23,214 nt of DNA from Candidatus Limnocylindrales bacterium (GTDB taxonomy: Bacteria; Moduliflexota; Moduliflexia; Moduliflexales; JAUQPW01). The notes under the pieces were generated by a model that searched no databases, was not told the origin of the DNA, and saw only the letters and a program-made list of their open reading frames with translations. Below are positions 1 through 8,611 of the stretch, in pieces (position 1 is the stretch's first letter; every line of letters begins with the position of its first letter). Where the stretch lies: the NCBI GenBank assembly GCA_035559535.1, contig DATMBG010000034.1, positions 62,001-85,214 of the forward strand. The letters are read 5' to 3'. The translations under genes were made by a program, and so were the position numbers.

Positions 1-2
1 CA

Positions 3-248
3 CTTTACTATCAAACCATTCACGAAAAACCTATGGCCTTTGGCTATGCTTCTCGAATTCCTACCAGTGTCAACAACAAAGATCAAAAGCTATTACAAAT
101 TCTTAACGATCAGCGATACCCTTTACTTTATTGTGACTATTATATTAAATACTTGATTACGGACACCCTTACCAACGTCCCGGAAGGTCGTTTGCTTTAT
201 CAGGACGCAAAGGTAAAGTTGTACGATCTGGAAAATCAATGCCCATAG
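3..248 (+). CDS. 3' end (partial) of a membrane-associated protein, possibly YfhO / GT-C glycosyltransferase-like
   Basis: The frame is open from the window edge (LYYQTIHEKPMAFGYASR...) to TAG at 246-248. The YYQTxHxKP..GYxSR motif is recalled from C-terminal regions of YfhO-like membrane proteins. Confidence 0.5.
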   Translation, partial: LYYQTIHEKPMAFGYASRIPTSVNNKDQKLLQILNDQRYPLLYCDYYIKYLITDTLTNVPEGRLLYQDAKVKLYDLENQCP

Positions 249-305
249 GTCCCTTAAATAATCGAAAAGATAAGCTAACAGAAACAGAATGAGAGGTCGA
301 CGCTT

Positions 306-1337
306 ATGAGTCACACTCAAAGAGAATCTTTAAAAGTTCTTTTACTTGGGAACATGGCGGTTACTGCCCTGGAGGGTCTCCAGGCAAGGGTTCAAGTACC
401 TTGTGAATTTATTCCTGTTCCGGGAAAACTGGAGGATCCGAAAGCTCTCTCTTTGATAGAAGAAGCCGACGTGCTGGTGGCGCCCGGTTTTACAAAGAAA
501 ATGGGGGCAGTTGCAAAGAAACTCCGACTGGTTCAGGCTCCTTTCGCCGGTTTAGAGGCCTTTGACTTAGAGGCGCTTCCTCCAGGTGTTGTTCTGGCCA
601 ATGTCTATAACCATGAAGTCAGTATTGCGGAATTTGTCCTGATGGCTATGTTGGTTTTGAGTAAACAACTCAAAAAATACGATGCGGATCTAAGACGGGG
701 TTTCTGGGGTCATAAGCCGTTTTTTGCCGAGCCTTTGGTAGGAGAGTTGCAAAACAAGATTTTAGGTCTTATCGGCTTCGGCCACATTGGTCGGGAGATT
801 GCCGTGAGGGCGCGGGCTTTTTCCATGAAGATTTGGGCCATCCGAAAACACGGTAAGGAAGGAATTCAGGATTCCAAAGCTCCCCAGATAGATTTCCTTG
901 GAGGGAAAGAAGATTTACCTCAACTCCTGAGCCAGGCCGATTTTATCGTTCTCTGCTGCCCTCTTACCGAAGAAACCCGGGGTCTCATCGGAACCAGGGA
1001 ATTTAACAGGATGAAACCTACCGCCTATTTAATCAACATTGCCCGGGCCGAAATTGTGAATGAAGAGGCTCTTTATCAGGCTTTATGGGAAAAGAAGATT
1101 GCAGGGGCAGCTCTCGATGTGTGGTACCGGTATCCTCGGGGGTATCCTTCCACTTCCGACGAGCAGTGCTTTCCCTCTCGATTCCCCTTTCAGGATCTGG
1201 ATAACGTGATTATGACCCCGCATATTTCTGGAAGAGCAGAAAGTACCCTTCAAGGTCGTTTACGGGATATAGCAGATAATATAAGTCGGGTATACCACGG
1301 ACAGCCGTTGAAGAACGTGGTGTATGTGGGAAAATAA
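306..1337 (+). CDS. D-isomer-specific 2-hydroxyacid dehydrogenase (NAD-binding)
   Basis: Rossmann motif GLIGFGHIG, then CPLTEETRGLI, LINIAR, AALDV and TPHISG; GAGG upstream of the start. Confidence 0.93.
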   Translation: MSHTQRESLKVLLLGNMAVTALEGLQARVQVPCEFIPVPGKLEDPKALSLIEEADVLVAPGFTKKMGAVAKKLRLVQAPFAGLEAFDLEALPPGVVLANVYNHEVSIAEFVLMAMLVLSKQLKKYDADLRRGFWGHKPFFAEPLVGELQNKILGLIGFGHIGREIAVRARAFSMKIWAIRKHGKEGIQDSKAPQIDFLGGKEDLPQLLSQADFIVLCCPLTEETRGLIGTREFNRMKPTAYLINIARAEIVNEEALYQALWEKKIAGAALDVWYRYPRGYPSTSDEQCFPSRFPFQDLDNVIMTPHISGRAESTLQGRLRDIADNISRVYHGQPLKNVVYVGK

Positions 1338-1340
1338 AAC

Positions 1341-1421
1341 AAAAGAAAGAACGGAGATACAGGATTTACCATATCTCGTAAAGACGCTCTGCAGGGCGTC
1401 CTATCTACCGTTCTTTCTTTT
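1341..1421. terminator. Large inverted repeat / probable bidirectional terminator between convergent genes
   Basis: AAAAGAAAGAACGG (1341-1354) is the exact reverse complement of CCGTTCTTTCTTTT (1408-1421); an inner hairpin GACGCTC-TGCA-GGGCGTC lies between them. Confidence 0.65.
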
Positions 1422-1439
1422 TAAACTCCCGGGGTCAAT

Positions 1440-3359
1440 CTAAGCTCTGGACTGAAGCAGTTGGTTCAAGGGAGGTTTAATGTTGGCCTTTTTCTTGAGT
1501 TCTTCTATAAACTCCCGATAGGCCGTACTCTGCTTCTGTTGAAGAAGGCTCCTTCGAAGGTTTTCCTTCTCCTCCTGGAATTTCTTTTCATCGATTCCGG
1601 GCTTTTCTACGACCTTTAAAAGGACGAAACCTCCGGGTGTTTTAATGGGATCACTGACCTGATTTACCTCTAAAGAAAAGGCCGTATGAATGATCTCTTC
1701 TGATTTTTCGGCCATATCATTCAGAAACCATCGTCGGTTGAAGGGTTCCGGTTTAACCGGGGTTAATTGATACTTTTCCAATAAAGATTCCCAGGAAGCC
1801 CCGGCTTTAAGTTCTGCCAGGAACTCGTTGGCTTTTTTCTCGGCCAACTCTGTGGCCTTATTGTCTATAATCTTCTCTTTAACCTGTTCTCTGGCTTCTT
1901 CCAGGGAGGGGATGTAGGAGTCTTTTTTCTCCACAAGCTGCAGGATATAAAATCCGGCACCCGGCACTTCTACCACCTGGCTGATTTCTCCAGGAGAAAG
2001 GGTAAAAGCAGCTTCTTGAAAAGGAATCAGGATCCCCATTTCAGGACCGACCGGTTCCATACGGGCAAACAGGTTACTGGTCTTGAGAGGTAAACCTGTG
2101 GCTTCAGCGGCCTGTTTGAGATCTTTGGTTTCCAGGGCCTTCTGGTAGACTTCATCCGCCCGCTGACGGGCCACCTCCTGGGCTTTTTCCCTTTTCAGAA
2201 TGGTCTGAATCCCGGGCTTGGCTTCTTCATACGGATTCTCGCCAAGGACATCTTCTACTTTGATAATATGATAGCCAAACTCCGTCCTCACCAGGTCACT
2301 CACTTCACCCTTCTTCAAAGAAAAAGCGGCTTTCTCAAAGGGCTCGACCATTTTTCCTTTGGTAAAATATCCGAGATCTCCTCCATTCTCGGCGGCTCCG
2401 GGTTCTTCAGAATACTGCCTGGCCATGGCAGCAAAATCCGCACCTTCTTTAATCTTTTGTAAAACCTCTTCGGCTTTTTTCTTAACTTCCTGCTCTTTCT
2501 CCGGGTCTGCCCCCGGGGGGATCTTGAAGAGAATATGACGGGCTTTTATCCGTTTTTCTTTCGGAAATTGATCCCTGTGCTGATCAAAATAATCCTGGAT
2601 CTCGGACTCCTCTACGGTCACCTGATCGGTAAAGGTTTGCGGGTCTATATACAGATAATTGACCCGGACCCGGTCCGGGGTTTTAAAATCCTCTTTATGG
2701 TCTTCATAGTACCTGGCGATTTCCTCATCGGTTACGGTTACATCCTTCTGAAAAGTACTCGGTTTGATGGCAACGTATTCTATCTTGACTTTCTCATTTT
2801 GGAGCCGATACTCCAGTTCTACTTCCTTGTCAGAAACTTTAATCCCATCCTGGATGGCAGCCTCGAGCTTCTGAATAAGTAAATCCTCTTGAATACTCTC
2901 TTCAAACTCCTGGGGGGTTATTCCCGACCTTAACAAAACAAACTTATATTGATCAGGATCGAACTTCCCATCCTTCTGAAAGACCTGGTACTTGGTAATG
3001 GTATCCAATAACTCCTCTTCAGAGATTTTCATCCCCCGCTTTTCAGCTTCGGCCAATAATAATTCCTTTTCAATCAGGCTCTCCAAAGCCATTCTCTCTA
3101 AATTTAGGTTTTTAACAAGATCTTCTGTAAATTTATCTTTATAAAGGTTCCGGTAGAAATTATAGAGCCGATTACGGGTCATTTGCAGCTCTCGCTGATG
3201 AATCTCTTTGCCTTCCACCGTGGCAACTATATTGGACGCCCCTCCGGTACCCAAAGATCCTTTACCCCAAACCAGAAAAATAGTCAGAATAAAGGAAGCT
3301 ATTACCAGCCAGAGGGTAATACTTAATTTTTTGATATTATTTCGCATGGCCGCGAGCAT
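1440..3359 (-). CDS. ppiD: PpiD/SurA-like membrane-anchored periplasmic chaperone with parvulin PPIase domain
   Basis: N-terminal TM helix, SurA-N-like region (VATVEGKEI), parvulin motifs ARHILF, FAAMARQYSE, GGDLGYF, FEKAAF, FGYHIIKV; 639 aa is typical of PpiD; AAGGAGG SD upstream. Confidence 0.88.
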   Translation of the reverse strand: MLAAMRNNIKKLSITLWLVIASFILTIFLVWGKGSLGTGGASNIVATVEGKEIHQRELQMTRNRLYNFYRNLYKDKFTEDLVKNLNLERMALESLIEKELLLAEAEKRGMKISEEELLDTITKYQVFQKDGKFDPDQYKFVLLRSGITPQEFEESIQEDLLIQKLEAAIQDGIKVSDKEVELEYRLQNEKVKIEYVAIKPSTFQKDVTVTDEEIARYYEDHKEDFKTPDRVRVNYLYIDPQTFTDQVTVEESEIQDYFDQHRDQFPKEKRIKARHILFKIPPGADPEKEQEVKKKAEEVLQKIKEGADFAAMARQYSEEPGAAENGGDLGYFTKGKMVEPFEKAAFSLKKGEVSDLVRTEFGYHIIKVEDVLGENPYEEAKPGIQTILKREKAQEVARQRADEVYQKALETKDLKQAAEATGLPLKTSNLFARMEPVGPEMGILIPFQEAAFTLSPGEISQVVEVPGAGFYILQLVEKKDSYIPSLEEAREQVKEKIIDNKATELAEKKANEFLAELKAGASWESLLEKYQLTPVKPEPFNRRWFLNDMAEKSEEIIHTAFSLEVNQVSDPIKTPGGFVLLKVVEKPGIDEKKFQEEKENLRRSLLQQKQSTAYREFIEELKKKANIKPPLNQLLQSRA

Positions 3360-3554
3360 GGTTCCAAGTTCCTCCTTACTTTCTTATCTTCATCTCTTTA
3401 TAAGGATATCCCAACGCTTAAACTCACGAAGATGAAGAATAATCCTTAAATCTTCAGGATACTCCAGTCTTATACCTGTTCCTCGTGAAGAGGTTACCTG
3501 AAGATTGGGCAACGCTATGGGGTTGCTCTTCCACTTGTAGTGAACAGTTACTAT

Positions 3555-3582
3555 ATTATAGTCTTCTTCTAAAAAATCGCAA
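3555..3582 (-). promoter_or_regulatory. Putative sigma70 promoter for ppiD
   Basis: Minus strand reads TTGCGA-N16-TATAAT. Confidence 0.5.
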
Positions 3583-3627
3583 CAAAAAATGGTTTTTTTA
3601 AGTCGTCCGCATTACTATATTAAACTT

Positions 3628-5079
3628 ATGAAACGATGGTATCTGGTTATAGGGGTGTTGACATTAAGTCTATTACTTCCCTTTACGATTCCTTATGCCG
3701 TTGAAGAAGCGGAGTATCTTCTCCAACGGCTCCGGAGTGACGACCCTGATGAAAGGGAAGAAGCTATAGAAGCCCTGGGGCAATATCAAGACCCGACTCT
3801 TATCGAGCCCCTGGCAGAAATCATGCTAAAACACAAGACTGCAGAGGTGCGGAGTGCGGCAGCTATCGTCCTTTTCAGAATGGGCAATGAAAAATCTCGA
3901 GATGCCTTCCTGAAAGCCCTCAAAGATCCGGATATCAGTGTCCGACTTATTGCCTCCGGAGCTTTATACAAATTCGGGGATCCAAAGGCTTTAGATCTCC
4001 TCGCCAAAGCTTTAAAAGATCCCAGTCAAGAGATCAGATTTTCTGCCGTAGCCATTCTCTCCGAGCTGGGAGATGCCAGGAGTATCGAGCTTTTAAAAAC
4101 CGTCCTTCAAGATCCAGATCAGGATATTCGAGACTTAGCCCAGGAGACCCTGGAGATGATCACTTCCACCCTCCTTCAGGCGGTAAAAACAGATAATCCT
4201 CCCACTGTGGACGGAGTGGCAGAAGATCCGGCCTGGGCACAGGCCAGGCCTTTAGAGGTTGCAACCGAGATAAAGGCCCGAGAAGGGCCTACAGTTACTT
4301 TAAAGGCTCTTCAAAAGGATAGCAGACTCTACCTCCTGGCCATTTGGAAAGATGCCAGCCAGACCGAATCGATTCAACACAGGCCCTGGATTTATAACGG
4401 AACGACCTGGGAGCCTGGTAAAGAAGAAGAAGATCGACTGGCTATTATCTTCCCAATGACATCCATTCCTCCCTTCTCAACTTCGGACAGAGGGTGTACG
4501 GCCATGTGCCATAAGGCCAAAGCCATGCATACCAATACTCCCGCAGAACTGGCAGATCTCTGGATTTGGCGAGCCGCCCGTAGTAACCCTGTAGGACAGG
4601 CAGACGATTGGATGTTGGGACCCGGTCAGGATCCCAATTCAGATGGACGAAAACCGGATGCCATGGATGCCACCAAGATTAAAATTGATGGGGTGGAAGC
4701 TTATCGCCATGGTTATACGCCTAATATTCAAGAACAGGAAAATAGACCCCTCTTCATGTTAAATCCCGATAAGGAACAGACGGGCCTTCCGGTCCTCCTG
4801 GCCGGTGAGGCCGTGGCCTTTAATCCAAAAAAGAAGTATAACAAGGGAGACTTCATCCCAGGTTATCTCGTTGCCCCTTTCACCGGGAGTCGTGGTGATA
4901 TTCAAGCTAAAGGTGTCTATAAAGACGGTATCTGGACCGTAGAATTCTCCAGAGCTTTCAATACCGGACACCCGGACGATATCAAGTTTGAAGAGGGTAA
5001 AGAATACTTTTTTAGCTTAAAGGTATTTGACGGCAAAGAGTTTGCCACAGCTAAAGAGGTCTATAAGCTGAGATTCTAA
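3628..5079 (+). CDS. Secreted HEAT/PBS-lyase-repeat protein fused to an ethylbenzene-dehydrogenase-gamma-like (DOMON-like cytochrome) domain
   Basis: Signal peptide from ATG 3628 (MKRWYLVIGVLTLSLLLPFTIPYA); about 4-5 HEAT repeats (LKDPDISVR, LKDPSQEIR, LQDPDQDIR); C-terminal EB_dh-type motifs PTVDG, EDRLAIIF, CTAMCH, DLWIWRAARSNP, WTVEFSR. Confidence 0.75.
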   Translation: MKRWYLVIGVLTLSLLLPFTIPYAVEEAEYLLQRLRSDDPDEREEAIEALGQYQDPTLIEPLAEIMLKHKTAEVRSAAAIVLFRMGNEKSRDAFLKALKDPDISVRLIASGALYKFGDPKALDLLAKALKDPSQEIRFSAVAILSELGDARSIELLKTVLQDPDQDIRDLAQETLEMITSTLLQAVKTDNPPTVDGVAEDPAWAQARPLEVATEIKAREGPTVTLKALQKDSRLYLLAIWKDASQTESIQHRPWIYNGTTWEPGKEEEDRLAIIFPMTSIPPFSTSDRGCTAMCHKAKAMHTNTPAELADLWIWRAARSNPVGQADDWMLGPGQDPNSDGRKPDAMDATKIKIDGVEAYRHGYTPNIQEQENRPLFMLNPDKEQTGLPVLLAGEAVAFNPKKKYNKGDFIPGYLVAPFTGSRGDIQAKGVYKDGIWTVEFSRAFNTGHPDDIKFEEGKEYFFSLKVFDGKEFATAKEVYKLRF

Positions 5080-5166
5080 ACCCCTCACCGTAAAAAGGTT
5101 GCAGAAAAAGTAGAGGCAACCCCTCCCAGATCCATCAGGATATGGCTTAGCCGGGAGGAGGAAGTA

Positions 5167-6021
5167 CTATAGGGAAACTATACAGTTGTCTATCAGTCGG
5201 GTTTTTCCCACCCTGGCAGCCAGTGCAATGAGTGCCCTGGAACTGATTTCTTTCAAATCTTCCAGTGTGGTCAGATCTGTAATAGCCACATATTCTAAAA
5301 CCACCAGGGGTTCTTGGGCAATAAGTTCTCTCATCTTCGAGAGGATAACGGCGGTAGATCGCTCACCGTTTCGAATAAGTTTTTGGGCAAGGTCCAGGGA
5401 TCGACTCAAAACCAGTGCGGCCTGGTGCTCTTGCTGACTCAGGTAGACATTGCGGGAACTAAGGGCCAATCCATCTGGCTCCCGAACCGTAGGGAGAACT
5501 TCGATCTGAATATCCATGTTCAGATCCTGAACCATCCGTTGGATAATTATGCTCTGTTGAGCGTCTTTTTGACCGAAGAAGGCAACATGGGGTTTTACGA
5601 TATTAAAAAGTTTGGTGACCACGGTGGCAACCCCCCGGAAGTGTCCGGGACGAAATTGACCGCAAAGTTTATCCGATAAACCCGCCACCTCCACCCAGGT
5701 GGTATAACCTTTGGGGTACATATCCCTGGCAGTCGGTGCGAAAATAATGTCGGTTCCCTCAGAAGCTGCCAGAATACGATCCCGCTCAAAATCTCGAGGG
5801 TAGGTCTGATAATCTTCATGAGGCCCAAACTGGGTCGGATTGACAAACAGGCTCATAACCAGTAGATCACTTACCTTTCTGGCCGCCCGTAACAAACTCA
5901 GGTGGCCTTCGTGAAGGTATCCCATGGTGGGGACCAGGCCAATTCTTTTACCTTCTCGCCTTACCTGATCGGCAAGGGCCTGCATTTCTGGAATGCTAGA
6001 AATAACCCGGAGATTTTGCAT
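5167..6021 (-). CDS. panC: Pantoate--beta-alanine ligase
   Basis: VPTMGYLHEGHLSL, FVNPTQF, RPGHFRGVATVV, FGQKDAQQ, DGLALSSRN, RLIDN. Start set at ATG 6021 because the extra 41 aa in the ORF track are translated repeat. Confidence 0.97.
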   Translation of the reverse strand: MQNLRVISSIPEMQALADQVRREGKRIGLVPTMGYLHEGHLSLLRAARKVSDLLVMSLFVNPTQFGPHEDYQTYPRDFERDRILAASEGTDIIFAPTARDMYPKGYTTWVEVAGLSDKLCGQFRPGHFRGVATVVTKLFNIVKPHVAFFGQKDAQQSIIIQRMVQDLNMDIQIEVLPTVREPDGLALSSRNVYLSQQEHQAALVLSRSLDLAQKLIRNGERSTAVILSKMRELIAQEPLVVLEYVAITDLTTLEDLKEISSRALIALAARVGKTRLIDNCIVSL

Positions 6022-6030
6022 TGTGAAAAA

Positions 6031-6209
6031 GTGTGGGAGTATGGGAGTATGGGGGTATGGGGGTGTGGGAGTGTGGGAGTATGGAAGTGGGGAAGTATGG
6101 AGGTACGGAAGTAAGGGAGTATGGGGGTATAGCCGTTCCCCCACTCCCCTACTCCCCTACTCCCCTACTCCCACACCCCCACACCCTCACACTCCCATAC
6201 TTCCCTACT
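6031..6209. repeat. Palindromic array of 8-bp tandem repeats (GTATGGGA-type units followed by their reverse complement)
   Basis: About 12 units of GTRTGGGR (6031-6130), a short spacer, then about 9 units of CTCCCMYA (6137-6209). Confidence 0.9.
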
Positions 6210-6213
6210 TCGA

Positions 6214-7380
6214 CTACAGAACTGACTTCATCCGCTCCACCGCCTCTTTTAATCGATCCACGCCTACGGTGATGGTCATACGAATATACCCTTCTCCGTA
6301 CTGACCGAAGCCATTACCCGGTGTGGTTACGATTCCCGCATTTTTAAGAAGATGGGCGGTGAAACCGGTTGAGGTAAATCCTGTAGGAACTGAAACCCAG
6401 ACATAAAAAGTCGCCTGGGGCTTATTAACTTTTAAACCCAATTGCTGTAGCCCATCGACCAGTACATCCCGTCGTTCCTGATACATTTTTCTCATTTGAG
6501 CCACACATTCCTGGCTTCCTGTCAAGGCTTCGATTCCGGCATATTGGATGGCCTGGAAGATCCCCGAATCCAGGTTAGTTTTAACCGCACCCAAACCAGC
6601 CAGGATCTCAGGATGGCCCACAACAAAGCCAATACGCCACCCGGTCATATTAAAGGTCTTGGATAGCGAATGAAATTCCACACCAACCTCTTTTGCTCCT
6701 GGGGCTTCCATAAAACTCGGGGGAGGATTCCCGTCATAATACATTTCGGAATAAGGGGCATCGTGACAAACCAGGATGTTATATCGTTGGGCAAAATCCA
6801 CGACTTTTTTAAAATATTCCAACGGTGCAACGGCAGATGTTGGATTATTGGGGGAATTGAGATACATCAATCTGGCCCTTTGCCGAATATCCTCGGGAAT
6901 ACGTTCCAGATCGGGGAGAAATCCATTTTCCTCTAAAAGAGGCATCGTATAAGGAATGCCACCTGCCAGGACGGTTCCTGCCTGATAAACCGGATAACCC
7001 GGGTCTGGAACCAGCACGATATCCCCCGGATTAACAAAAGCCAGCGGAATATGCCCGATTCCTTCTTTGGAGCCGATCAGGGAAAGAACCTCTTTTTCTG
7101 GATCCAGATGGACTCTAAAACGGTTTTGATACCACTGGGCTACAGCCTGACGAAACTCCAGAAGTCCTTCGTAGGAGGGGTACTGATGGTTAGCCGGATT
7201 TTCTGCTGCCCGGTTCAAAGCCCGTATAATATGGGGGGGCGTGGGTTGGTCCGGATCTCCAATTCCCAGGTTGATGATATCGACCCCTCGGGCTCTGGCC
7301 TCTGCCTTCATTTTATCAATTTCTGCAAACAAATAGGGCGGTAACTTTGTAAGCCGTTCCGCACGCTGAATTTTTAGCAT
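6214..7380 (-). CDS. dapL: LL-diaminopimelate aminotransferase (PLP class I/II)
   Basis: LPPYLFAEID, INLGIGDPD, NHQYPSYEG, LIGSKEGIGH, PNNPT, HDAPYSE, EFHSLSKTFNMTGWRIG (PLP lysine). Start placed at ATG 7380 (MLKIQRAERL). Confidence 0.85.
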   Translation of the reverse strand: MLKIQRAERLTKLPPYLFAEIDKMKAEARARGVDIINLGIGDPDQPTPPHIIRALNRAAENPANHQYPSYEGLLEFRQAVAQWYQNRFRVHLDPEKEVLSLIGSKEGIGHIPLAFVNPGDIVLVPDPGYPVYQAGTVLAGGIPYTMPLLEENGFLPDLERIPEDIRQRARLMYLNSPNNPTSAVAPLEYFKKVVDFAQRYNILVCHDAPYSEMYYDGNPPPSFMEAPGAKEVGVEFHSLSKTFNMTGWRIGFVVGHPEILAGLGAVKTNLDSGIFQAIQYAGIEALTGSQECVAQMRKMYQERRDVLVDGLQQLGLKVNKPQATFYVWVSVPTGFTSTGFTAHLLKNAGIVTTPGNGFGQYGEGYIRMTITVGVDRLKEAVERMKSVL

Positions 7381-7393
7381 GGAAGGTCTCTGC

Positions 7394-7468
7394 CAAGAGG
7401 CAAGGAACAAAAAACAAGAAGCAAGATCCTCCCGCTCGCGCTTTTTGCTCCCTGCTTCTTGCTTCTTC
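7394..7468. repeat. Palindromic array of 7-bp repeats (CAAGAAG x5 / CTTCTTG x4)
   Basis: caagagg caaggaa caaaaaa caagaag caagatc, spacer, then ctttttg ctccctg cttcttg cttcttc. Confidence 0.8.
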
Positions 7469-8607
7469 TATCCTGCTCCAATAATAGGAAAAACTTCCTT
7501 CTTGATATATTTCACAGACTTCTCCAACTCCTTCAAGATCTTATCCCGGTCTTGGGTTTTTAGTTTATACACAGGATCTCTAAGCTGGGTCCCTTGCAAC
7601 CCCAACCGACCGGCTTCCGATAAGTAATCGGCCGGAAGCTCATCGGGAAGATCCGCCTCTCGATGATTCATGATCGCCCAGGCCAGGGTCCAGGCCCGGG
7701 CTACGTTATGGAGATCATAACCCCCTCCTCCTAAAGCTATCCAGGGAAGACCGAATTTCCTCATCTCGGTAACCATCTGACAAAATCCATGGGTCGTTAC
7801 ATTGGCATGGGCCAGAGGATCCGTGCGGAAGGAGTCGACCCCTAACTGGGTGATGAGAATATCCGGTTGAAACACCTTAATTAAGGGAGGCACTATTTCT
7901 AAAAAGCCATATACTACCACCTCATCGTCGGCTCCTGGAAAATAAGGAAGATTTACAGAATAACCCCTCCCCCGGTCTTTACCAATTTCATACTCAAACC
8001 CCGTTCCGGGAAATAAAAAATACCCACTTTCATGGAGAGAAATGGTTAAAACCTGATCGGTATCGTAAAAAGCATTCTGGACTCCATCCCCATGATGAAC
8101 ATCCACATCAATATAAGCAACCCGTTTACCCTGTTGCAAGAGGTAACAGATGGCAATCACCACATCATTAAAATAGCAAAACCCCGAAGCTCGGGACTTG
8201 GCTGCATGGTGAAGCCCCCCGGAGATATTAAAGGCAATATCGACTTCCCCTTGCCGGACTAACCGAGCTGCCTGTAGGGTGGCCCCGGTAACCAGAAGGG
8301 ACCAGTCGTAAACCCCGGAAAATACGGGATTGTCCCCCGGACCCAATCCAAAATCAAGTCCCCATTCATAGGTCAAAAATCCAGAGTTTGCCTCTTCCAC
8401 TACCTGGATATAGTGGGGATGATGGAACAAAGCAACTTCGTCCCGATCGGCCTTTTGGGCCGGGATTAAAGAACTGTTCGGAAGGTCTAGCAATCCATAG
8501 CTACGGATGAGATCGTAGGTTAACTTTAACCGGATCGGTTTTAGGGGATGCTCAGGACCATAGCTATAACTTGCAAATTCATCTGAGTAAATAAAAGCGG
8601 TTTTCAT
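7468..8607 (-). CDS. acuC: Zn-dependent histone-deacetylase-family protein, AcuC-like lysine deacetylase
   Basis: HPLKPIRL, GDNP, GGLHHA, SGFCYFND, YIDVDVHHGDG, FPGTG, DPLA, GGGGY. Confidence 0.9.
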   Translation of the reverse strand: MKTAFIYSDEFASYSYGPEHPLKPIRLKLTYDLIRSYGLLDLPNSSLIPAQKADRDEVALFHHPHYIQVVEEANSGFLTYEWGLDFGLGPGDNPVFSGVYDWSLLVTGATLQAARLVRQGEVDIAFNISGGLHHAAKSRASGFCYFNDVVIAICYLLQQGKRVAYIDVDVHHGDGVQNAFYDTDQVLTISLHESGYFLFPGTGFEYEIGKDRGRGYSVNLPYFPGADDEVVVYGFLEIVPPLIKVFQPDILITQLGVDSFRTDPLAHANVTTHGFCQMVTEMRKFGLPWIALGGGGYDLHNVARAWTLAWAIMNHREADLPDELPADYLSEAGRLGLQGTQLRDPVYKLKTQDRDKILKELEKSVKYIKKEVFPIIGAG

Positions 8608-8611
8608 ATAC

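Noticed and set aside
6022..6144. 41-aa Pro/His/Thr-rich N-terminal extension of PanC in the ORF track
   Set aside because: It is a translation of the octamer repeat; PanC-like sequence starts at ATG 6021.
6031..6209. Possible CRISPR array
   Set aside because: Units are 8 bp and contiguous with no unique spacers; no cas1/cas2 present.
5902..6304. Gly/Trp/Pro-rich short + strand ORFs (5902-6114, 5993-6304, 6033-6272)
   Set aside because: Products of the stop-poor repeat array, antisense to panC and dapL.
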